From: a virus
Lineage: Duplodnaviria; Caudoviricetes
IMG/VR virus record: IMGVR_UViG_3300014208_000024
Span: 192,001 to 256,000 of that record
Direction: 5' to 3' (one strand)
Length of the DNA stretch: 64,000 nucleotides
Part shown: positions 57,352-64,000 of the stretch, in pieces
How the letters are laid out: each line of letters opens with the position of its first letter
Position numbering within the stretch: the first letter of the stretch is position 1
Position numbers and translations under genes: made by a program
The notes under the pieces: generated by a model
Database searches by the model: none
The model's input: the letters and a program-made list of their open reading frames with translations, nothing else
Told to the model about the DNA's origin: nothing

Positions 57352-57744
57352 ATGAGCGTAGACTATTATCATTGCGAAGTGTGTGGAGAATCTCTCTACG
57401 AAGAATATGTTGGTCATTGTAATAAATGCCACAACAGTTTGTGTACACATTGTTTAGTAAATAAAGATATAAATGTTCTATATGCGCACAAATATGGATA
57501 TAAATTTAATTCTAATGATCCAGAATTAATGAGAAAATATGAAAACGAAGGATATACTTTATATAAACCAGACGGAGAATCATACTATAAAGACGGAGAT
57601 ATTATAGATGATTCTGGAATTGATAGTAAATATTGTCCATTTTGTAGCGGAGAAAAAATAGATAACGACGCTCTTTTAAAACATATTATAAAAAAATACA
57701 ATATCGATATTCAAAATGAGTGGAAAGAAATTAAAAAAAAATGA
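57352..57744 (+). CDS. Cys-rich putative zinc-binding hypothetical protein
   Basis: CEVC, CNKC, CTHC and CPFC (four CxxC pairs) in 130 aa. Confidence 0.6.
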   Translation: MSVDYYHCEVCGESLYEEYVGHCNKCHNSLCTHCLVNKDINVLYAHKYGYKFNSNDPELMRKYENEGYTLYKPDGESYYKDGDIIDDSGIDSKYCPFCSGEKIDNDALLKHIIKKYNIDIQNEWKEIKKK

Positions 57745-57763
57745 AAATTGATATATTTATAAA

Positions 57764-57943
57764 ATGAATGATAAAATAAAAAACTGGGACAAATTAAAAT
57801 CTGTAGAAGAAAAAAAAATTCTCATATTTTGGTCTAAAATTACAACTGTCACAATTAATGATGATGGAATATGGATGTTAGATATGATCCCATTCCCAGC
57901 AACCCCAAATGCTCATATGTTTAAAATAAAAGAAAATGAATAA
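57764..57943 (+). CDS. Small hypothetical protein (59 aa), absent from the ORF track
   Basis: Hand translation MNDKIKNWDKLKSVEEKKILIFWSKITTVTINDDGIWMLDMIPFPATPNAHMFKIKENE*. It fills the gap and overlaps the next ATG by 8 nt. Confidence 0.45.
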   Translation: MNDKIKNWDKLKSVEEKKILIFWSKITTVTINDDGIWMLDMIPFPATPNAHMFKIKENE

Positions 57944-58346
57944 CAAAGAATTAAATAAACATAACCAATCTGTTTCCGATGAATATAAAAAAAGAAGAGA
58001 AAAAAATAATTTGGAAAAAAAGAAAGCCAAAGAAGTTCAACAAAAGACTTTGTTGGAGCCAAACATTAAAGATGGTTTAATTATTTGGAAAGACAAACAT
58101 AATGACGGAAGTGTTTATGAAGGAAGTTTTGGAAAAGAAAAATGCTTTGAAATCAAACGTGGGATAATTTCTTTTACTCTGAAAACGATACATAAAGAAT
58201 TAAAAACGGATATAAAAAACAATAGCTCTACAGAACTTATTAAACTTCAAGAAAAAGCAAATAAAATTCTTTGGAACAATCCAGAATTTTTATTAAAATT
58301 TAAACCCGTCTCTCAAAAACTTATTCCAAGGTTTTCTAAGATATAA
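57936..58346 (+). CDS. Hypothetical protein
   Basis: 136-aa basic ORF; its 3' end overlaps the convergent gene by 54 nt. Confidence 0.5.
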   Translation: MNNKELNKHNQSVSDEYKKRREKNNLEKKKAKEVQQKTLLEPNIKDGLIIWKDKHNDGSVYEGSFGKEKCFEIKRGIISFTLKTIHKELKTDIKNNSSTELIKLQEKANKILWNNPEFLLKFKPVSQKLIPRFSKI

Positions 58347-59066
58347 AGCTCTTTTTTCTCTTTCTGTTAAAGGTTTTTCATTTGCTATTTCTGGAGTTTT
58401 CACTTCTGGTTCCTTTATTTCTGGAGGAGTATTTACAACTGGTTCTTCCATATTTTCTGGCGCTTCAGCTGGAACTTGCCCTGTTGCTTTAACTTTTGAC
58501 AAATCAATTGGTTCTCCCATTTTTTCTCCCCTACCTTCTCTATCATCTCTTTCTATTTCTGCAGTTGTTACATCATATTGGTTAAAAATTGTAGAATATC
58601 TTTTATCTCCTTTTTTATATCCTGGAGGATATTCGTAAAAAAACTTGTCAGTTAACCACATTCCTTTAAAACTTTTAAGATCAAGATCAAATAATCTCCA
58701 TTCGTTATTAGTTTCTTGACTTCTCTTTCCAGTTGATTGAGCGGATCTTTCAGATTGTCCAGCTAAGTGAAAAGCACTCAACTTTAAGGGGACTCCACTT
58801 TTTGTTTTATAAGTTCCCAAAGTAACAGGAAGAATTACTCTAAATTTTGTAACAGGCATATCAGTACTTTTATAAGATATTCCAATTGCCCTACCCTCTC
58901 TAATTGCTTGTTTAATTAAGTTTAGATCGAATCCTTGAACTCTTTGCCAGCTTTTATCGTATGCCTTTGTTAAATCTTCTCTACTAAAATCAATTGACTC
59001 TACAATTGTCTTTAGTCCAGCTATCTGCATTATTCTATTTTTGTATGACTCTGAAATTAACCTCAT
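58293..59066 (-). CDS. WYL-like domain protein with Pro/Glu-rich tail
   Basis: IKQAIREGRAIGISYK......KFRVILPVTLG.......KLSAFHL...WRLFDLD...GMWL follows the WYL pattern (l..Ai......i.Y....R.v.P..l....yl.a......R.Frld.i..l.l). Confidence 0.55.
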   Translation of the reverse strand: MRLISESYKNRIMQIAGLKTIVESIDFSREDLTKAYDKSWQRVQGFDLNLIKQAIREGRAIGISYKSTDMPVTKFRVILPVTLGTYKTKSGVPLKLSAFHLAGQSERSAQSTGKRSQETNNEWRLFDLDLKSFKGMWLTDKFFYEYPPGYKKGDKRYSTIFNQYDVTTAEIERDDREGRGEKMGEPIDLSKVKATGQVPAEAPENMEEPVVNTPPEIKEPEVKTPEIANEKPLTEREKRALYLRKPWNKFLRDGFKF

Positions 59067-59112
59067 ATGTAATAAATATGAAAATAAACTTAATTTTTAC
59101 ATTTTTTTTTAT

Positions 59113-59120
59113 TATATTTG
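59113..59120 (+). promoter_or_regulatory. Bacteroidota-type -7 box (TATATTTG)
   Basis: 14 nt upstream of ATG 59135. Confidence 0.55.
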
Positions 59121-59134
59121 TAAAAATTAAAATT

Positions 59135-60079
59135 ATGGCTATAAAAGAAATAGATGGTAAAATAATTAAAAGTGATTTACATTCTGGTTTGGGCATAGAT
59201 GATAACAATACCCATATAAGTTTCAGCGAATTTTCTCTTTATAATGAATGTGGTCAAAAACATTTAATTTTTAAATATTTAGCATTAGATGTACAAGAAC
59301 AATCTATTCACTTATTTTTTGGAAATGCAATCCACGAAGCAATAGAAATGGGAGTAAAAAACAATTTAAGCAAAGATCAAAGAGCAAAATATTTTGCAGA
59401 CAAATTTAAAAAAGACATGATGGACAATATGCTTCACGATAAGCAATTTAAAGATGTTGATGATTTTATTGAACAAGGAAAAAATATTTTATTAATTTTA
59501 GACACTGAAGTTATATTAAAAGGATATCAAATAGTCAGCGTAGAGGAACCATTATATGAAGTAATATATAAAAAATTTCGTTTTAAAGGATTCGTTGATA
59601 TGGTAGTTTTTAATCCTTCAACGGGAAAATATCTTATAATTGATTGGAAAACTTCTGGAGAAGAATGGGATGTTGACAAAAAGAAAAAAGATGAAATATT
59701 CTTGTGTCAAATGAGGTTTTATAAATTTTTCTGGGGAAGAAAAAATAAAGTTTCACTCGATAAAATAGATTGTAAATATGTAGTTTTAAACAGACTTAAA
59801 AATAAAAAAAAATCAACTGGTGGGTTTGGGGAAATTCAAATAGTTGATATAAATTCAACCGAAAATGAAGTTTTTGAATCTTTAATAAAACTAGGAGATA
59901 CACTAAAAAACATTCATGTAGAAAAAATATTTCCAAAAGTTAAATTTACTGGAAGCGAAAAGTTTAATTGCATGTTTTGTAAATATAAAGGAGGAATTCA
60001 TCCATTATGCAATTCTAAATATAATCAATATGTAGAGTTGTTGCAAGAAAACGAAAAGAAAATTAAAATAAATATTTAA
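59135..60079 (+). CDS. PD-(D/E)XK nuclease, Cas4/RecB-like, with 4-Cys (Fe-S-type) motif
   Basis: HISFSEFSLYNECGQK, FFGNAIHEAIE, VEEPL, FKGFVDMV, IIDWKT, QMRFY and C-terminal CMFCKY......C. ATG at 59135; the track start at 58994 is an over-extension. Confidence 0.8.
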   Translation: MAIKEIDGKIIKSDLHSGLGIDDNNTHISFSEFSLYNECGQKHLIFKYLALDVQEQSIHLFFGNAIHEAIEMGVKNNLSKDQRAKYFADKFKKDMMDNMLHDKQFKDVDDFIEQGKNILLILDTEVILKGYQIVSVEEPLYEVIYKKFRFKGFVDMVVFNPSTGKYLIIDWKTSGEEWDVDKKKKDEIFLCQMRFYKFFWGRKNKVSLDKIDCKYVVLNRLKNKKKSTGGFGEIQIVDINSTENEVFESLIKLGDTLKNIHVEKIFPKVKFTGSEKFNCMFCKYKGGIHPLCNSKYNQYVELLQENEKKIKINI

Positions 60080-60081
60080 AT

Positions 60082-60483
60082 ATGGCATACTACAACAAAG
60101 AAGATGTAAAAAAATACATCAATCAAAACAATGAAAAAATTGAAAGTAAAGGACATAAGTCTATTACCCCAATTGAACAATCTTTAACACAAATTAACAA
60201 CGAAGAAGATGTCGTTGGTTTTTTTTGGATGGATATTAATGAAGAAAATGGAGATGGTGCAAAAGTAAAAATGGAAGGAAAAACTTTTATTAGAATTGAT
60301 TTAAATCTATATACAGACGACAGATTTGCCATAGACTTATATCAAGCTCAAGTTGAAACAATTCCTGTTTCTCAGGTTATAAAAAATAGAATGACAGAAC
60401 AAGAAAGAGCTATGAAATCTGTTAAAGAAAACAAAGAAGATTTAGAAAACAGCATCTCAGATAAACTAACAAAAAAAGAATAA
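60082..60483 (+). CDS. Hypothetical protein
   Basis: 133-aa ORF in operon context. Confidence 0.55.
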   Translation: MAYYNKEDVKKYINQNNEKIESKGHKSITPIEQSLTQINNEEDVVGFFWMDINEENGDGAKVKMEGKTFIRIDLNLYTDDRFAIDLYQAQVETIPVSQVIKNRMTEQERAMKSVKENKEDLENSISDKLTKKE

Positions 60484-60484
60484 A

Positions 60485-60820
60485 ATGGAATTAGAAGAAC
60501 TTAATGGATTTGTAAATTTAAATGAATTAGATCTTCTTTACAAACTCATAGAAATCGCAGAATCGAATAAAAAAGATACTGAAAGAGTTCTCAGGGGAGA
60601 AAGTGCTGCTGGAATAAGAGTTCGAAATAAACTACAAGATATTAGAACGTTGTGCGAAATTATAAGAGATAAAATACAAATCAGAAAAGGCGCAGATTGG
60701 GGAAATAAAAGAATTTCTGCGTTAGAAAAAGCAATTCAAGAAGCTCAAAAAAAGATAATAAGTGATAGAGAGTTGATTGAAAAAAGAAAAAGGGAAAGGA
60801 TTGCTAGACTTGCAAGATAA
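60485..60820 (+). CDS. Hc1/'histone H1-like' small DNA-binding protein (Bacteroidota-type) with basic C-terminal extension
   Basis: DTERVLRGESAAGIRVRNKLQDIRTLCEIIRDKIQ resembles the G.kaAG.RvRk.lqel..l...iR signature (recalled, not searched). Confidence 0.55.
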   Translation: MELEELNGFVNLNELDLLYKLIEIAESNKKDTERVLRGESAAGIRVRNKLQDIRTLCEIIRDKIQIRKGADWGNKRISALEKAIQEAQKKIISDRELIEKRKRERIARLAR

Positions 60821-60824
60821 AAAT

Positions 60825-63800
60825 ATGGCAAAAAAGAAAAAAACCGATACCGATACCAAAGAAGTTAGTGTTGTAAAAATAAGAAAACTAAGGGTTAACT
60901 TTGAGTTGAGGTATGATTATTTAAAAATTCTTACAGAATACATAAAAAGGTTGCCAAAAGAACACAGATCTGTTAGAAAGGATAGTGTTATAGGAATGGA
61001 TGGTAATCCAAAAGATGAATGGGTAAGAATTATTAGCGAAGCAAGAATGGGTGAAATTTTAGCTTTTTTAATTGATAATAAAATAAGATTTGCCTTCGAA
61101 AACATTACCCCAGATGTATTAGAAAGATTGAGAAATGAGTTTGTAGAAAGACAAAGAAAAATTGCAGAAGTATTAAAACTGAAGGCTGAAATGCTAGACG
61201 TTTCAATGGAGGATTACTCATTCATGAAAATCCAACCTTATGAATATCAAAAAAAAGCTGTAAAATTTTTTGAAATTAATAATGGAATTTCTATATTAGG
61301 AGATCAACCTGGAGTTGGGAAAGCTCAAAATTTAGATTCATTATTAGCAACACCTAATGGCTGGATTAGAATGGGGGACGTAAAAATAGGTCAAGAAATT
61401 TTTAGTCAAGATGGTTTGATCTACAATGTCAATGGAGTGTTTCCTAAAGGTATTAATTCAACATACAGAGTTACTTTTAATGATGATTTTTACGTTGACT
61501 GTAACTTAGAACACCTGTGGATAGTAAGAGATGTAAATAGACGAAGAAGAAACACGGGGTGGATAACAAAAACTTTGAAAGAACTTATTGATTCTGGACT
61601 AAGCTATTCTCATTCAAAAAATAGCGTAAGAGCAAAAAGCAATAGAAAACCTGTTTTAAAATGGGAAATTCCTATTACTAATCCAGTAAATTACTCTGAA
61701 AAAAACTTTATTGTTAACCCTTATGTGTTAGGCACATTGATTGGTGATGGGTGTTTGGTTCTTGATTCTATTTGCATTTCAATTTCAGACTCACAACTGC
61801 AGATTAAAAATTTAATAGAAAGTAGACTCCCAGAAGAATTTAAATTAAGAAAAACTAAATTTTACGAAAAATCATGTCCTCAATATTATATAACAAGAAA
61901 TCATTCAATAGGAAGAAATATTATAAAATCCAAGATTGTAGATTTAAAACTAAATGTAAAATCAGGAAATAAATTCATTCCAGATATTTACTTGCGTGGA
62001 AATGTAGATCAGCGAATTGAACTTTTAAGAGGACTTATGGATACAGATGGTAGTGCTGATAAAAACAGAGTTCATTATCACACAAAATCAAAACAACTAG
62101 CCTTTGATGTCGCCGAACTCGTTCAATCTTTAGGAGGGCAAGCATTAATTAAAAAATATGACAGAACTAAAAAAAACAAAGGAATTGAATGGAGAGTTAA
62201 TATCAGAATTAACATATGTCCATTTTACTTAAATGAAAAAATTAAAGAGTGGAATATTATAAAAAGAAATTATTGTTCTAGATATATTAAAAAAGTGGAA
62301 TATGTTTGTGATGAAGAACACCAGTGTATATCTGTAAATTCACCAAATAAAACATATTTAACTAACAATTATATAGTAACTCACAATACAGCTCCCGCAT
62401 TTGCTTATGCAATAAAACACAAGTTGAAAACACTTGTAGTTTGTCCAGCGTCACTAAAATTGATGTGGAGAAAAGAAATTTTAAAATTCTCCAATGAAAA
62501 AGCATTTGTATATAAATTTAAACCAAAAAAGAAAAGTAAAATAATAGCGTATACAAAAAACGAATCTTTATTTCATATTACAAATTATGAATCTATTGAA
62601 TCATACATAAAACTCGAATATCACCACAAATGCAGTGGGAACATGCTTCAATCAACAGGAAAAATGGGGAAATGTACGTGGGAACAAACTGACCTCATAA
62701 AGCAGTATAAAAAATGCCCTATTTGTGAAAACACTGGATCAATTAAAACAAGAATAGTGAGTTTGGTTTCATTTCAGGATTCGTTTAGTCAAGAAATAGA
62801 CCCGTCAAACTACGACTTAATCATTATTGATGAATGCCATAGAATGAAAGAATTAAAGACTACCTGGACAAAAATAATTCACAAAGCATTTTCAAAAATT
62901 CCAAAAAAAATTCTCTTGTCTGGAACTGTAATAAAAAGTCGTCCGTTTGAATTTTTCTCTACTCTAAATTTTATATTACCAGAGGAATGGAAAAATTCTC
63001 ATGAATTTGGAGTTAGATATGGTGCAGGATATCAAGATAATTATGGGTGGAAATATGATGGGGCATCTAATTTAGAAGAGTTGTTCACAAGGGTTTCTTC
63101 TTATTTTTTAAGAAGACTTAAAAAAGATGTTTTAAAAGAGCTTCCAGAAAAAACGTATTTAGAAATTCCAATTGAACTTGACGATAAAGAATATTCTGAA
63201 TATCAAAAACTTTTAAATGAAGTAAAAAAAGAAATAGTTGATGGTAAGGAGATTGAAAAAAAGGATTCTTATTTAGCAAAAATACACAAACTTAAAATGT
63301 TTACTGGAAGAATTAAAGTAAACAAGGTTAAAGAAATGATTCAAGATATAATTGAAAGTGGAGAAAAGGTTGTCGTTGTTTCTGACTATGTAGAACTAGC
63401 AAAAGAAATATTTAAAGAATTTCAAGAAATAGCAGTTTTACATACTGGGGAAATGAATGAAGTTGAAAAACAAGAATCTGTAGATAAGTTTCAAGAGGAT
63501 AAAAATATAAAATTATTTTCTGGAATGATACTGGCTTCTGGAGTCGGTCTTACTTTGACAGCATCTAGTAAACTTTTTAAATTAGGATTTGCATGGTCAC
63601 CAGCAGATGAAGAACAAATATGTGATAGAATTCACAGAGCTGGCGCCACTTCCGATACAATAGAAATTATAACCCCATATTGTCAAGACACTGTTGACGA
63701 AGATATAATGGAACTTTTAAATGATAAATCATTTATAGTGACAAAAACACTTGATAACACAGAATTTAAAAAAGAAAGGAAAATAGTTGATCAAAGTATT

Positions 63801-63836
63801 TTCAAACAACTTGTTGAAAGATTAAAAGATAAATAA
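60825..63836 (+). CDS. SNF2-family (SMARCAL1/HARP-like) helicase interrupted by an intein
   Basis: ILGDQPGVGK|T (Walker A split by the intein), LVVCPASLK..W.KEI, IIIDECH, ILLSGT...RP.E, LRRLKKDVL.ELPEK, GVGLTLT and WSPADEEQ..DRIHRAG. ATG at 60825. Confidence 0.9.
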   Translation: MAKKKKTDTDTKEVSVVKIRKLRVNFELRYDYLKILTEYIKRLPKEHRSVRKDSVIGMDGNPKDEWVRIISEARMGEILAFLIDNKIRFAFENITPDVLERLRNEFVERQRKIAEVLKLKAEMLDVSMEDYSFMKIQPYEYQKKAVKFFEINNGISILGDQPGVGKAQNLDSLLATPNGWIRMGDVKIGQEIFSQDGLIYNVNGVFPKGINSTYRVTFNDDFYVDCNLEHLWIVRDVNRRRRNTGWITKTLKELIDSGLSYSHSKNSVRAKSNRKPVLKWEIPITNPVNYSEKNFIVNPYVLGTLIGDGCLVLDSICISISDSQLQIKNLIESRLPEEFKLRKTKFYEKSCPQYYITRNHSIGRNIIKSKIVDLKLNVKSGNKFIPDIYLRGNVDQRIELLRGLMDTDGSADKNRVHYHTKSKQLAFDVAELVQSLGGQALIKKYDRTKKNKGIEWRVNIRINICPFYLNEKIKEWNIIKRNYCSRYIKKVEYVCDEEHQCISVNSPNKTYLTNNYIVTHNTAPAFAYAIKHKLKTLVVCPASLKLMWRKEILKFSNEKAFVYKFKPKKKSKIIAYTKNESLFHITNYESIESYIKLEYHHKCSGNMLQSTGKMGKCTWEQTDLIKQYKKCPICENTGSIKTRIVSLVSFQDSFSQEIDPSNYDLIIIDECHRMKELKTTWTKIIHKAFSKIPKKILLSGTVIKSRPFEFFSTLNFILPEEWKNSHEFGVRYGAGYQDNYGWKYDGASNLEELFTRVSSYFLRRLKKDVLKELPEKTYLEIPIELDDKEYSEYQKLLNEVKKEIVDGKEIEKKDSYLAKIHKLKMFTGRIKVNKVKEMIQDIIESGEKVVVVSDYVELAKEIFKEFQEIAVLHTGEMNEVEKQESVDKFQEDKNIKLFSGMILASGVGLTLTASSKLFKLGFAWSPADEEQICDRIHRAGATSDTIEIITPYCQDTVDEDIMELLNDKSFIVTKTLDNTEFKKERKIVDQSIFKQLVERLKDK
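61323..62387 (+). mobile_element. Intein (355 aa, Ala1, class-3-type WCT triplet) with LAGLIDADG endonuclease
   Basis: Starts AQNLDSLLATPNGW after GVGK and ends IVTHN before Thr. Block B CNLEHLW, block F EHQCISV, block G VTHN; endonuclease motifs PYVLGTLIGDG and ELLRGLMDTDGS. Confidence 0.9.
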
Positions 63837-63854
63837 TTTCACATAACTATAATT

Positions 63855-63998
63855 TTAAAAAATATTATTTTTTTTCATTATATCTTTTATTTTTTTAATT
63901 TCTTTATAATTAATTCTTAATAATTTTATATTATTTTTTTTACAAAATTCCGTTTTTTGATTATCTCTATATTGAAGAGATTTTAAATTTTTACTAAA
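63855..63998 (-). CDS. C-terminus of another DUF559/PD-(D/E)XK-type endonuclease, truncated by the window edge
   Basis: Reverse-strand translation ...FSKNLKSLQYRDNQKTEFCKKNNIKLLRINYKEIKKIKDIMKKNNIF* matches the C-terminus of 12756..13838 (FKSQQKRDKIKMEYCKNNKILLVVIKYNE). Confidence 0.65.
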   Translation of the reverse strand, partial: FSKNLKSLQYRDNQKTEFCKKNNIKLLRINYKEIKKIKDIMKKNNIF

Positions 63999-64000
63999 TA

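Noticed and set aside
59135-60079. Cas4-like gene as part of a phage CRISPR-Cas system
   Set aside because: No array, cas1/cas2 or effector genes are in the window, and the context is recombination/replication.
1-64000. Stop-codon reassignment (alternative genetic code), seen in some large phages
   Set aside because: Conserved enzymes are full length under the standard code, coding density is high, and TAA and TGA both act as normal stops.
1-64000. tRNA, rRNA or structured ncRNA genes
   Set aside because: No intergenic gap contains a cloverleaf or GC-rich structured segment beyond three short terminator hairpins. A covariance-model search was not run.

Overview
This very AT-rich, densely coding 64 kb window comes from a large tailed (myovirus-like) phage genome. 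Baseplate genes resembling T4 gp25, gp6 and gp5 argue against a bacterial chromosome or a eukaryotic giant virus. Promoter boxes (TTTG-N19/20-TAnnTTTG), A-rich starts without Shine-Dalgarno sites, a lipoprotein and an Hc1-like protein point to a Bacteroidota host. Layout: (1) 1-11.1 kb, a nucleotide-sugar and glycan-tailoring cluster (GT17, RfbH-type and ColD-type 3-dehydratases, RmlD-like reductase, two FkbM methyltransferases, B12-radical SAM, GT10, Fcl/ColC, Gmd); (2) 11-19.7 kb, a phosphoesterase, an antisense endonuclease with two unannotated ribbon-helix-helix (RHH) genes, a HAD-like protein, two glycosyltransferases and a sigma-like factor; (3) 19.7-50.7 kb, baseplate and tail structural genes, including a fibre with 44 perfect 14-aa repeats; (4) 50.7-64 kb, recombination and replication genes (RuvC-like, primase, fused Mre11-Rad50, Cas4-like nuclease, SNF2 helicase with a class-3-type intein), with an RHH + LAGLIDADG cassette, a WYL-like protein and a small sequon-rich lipoprotein. 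The strongest leads are the recurring RHH + homing-endonuclease cassettes, the phage-encoded 3,6-dideoxysugar (colitose-type) pathway, and the lipoprotein that may act as a glycan acceptor. All family calls come from motif recognition by eye; no database search was run.
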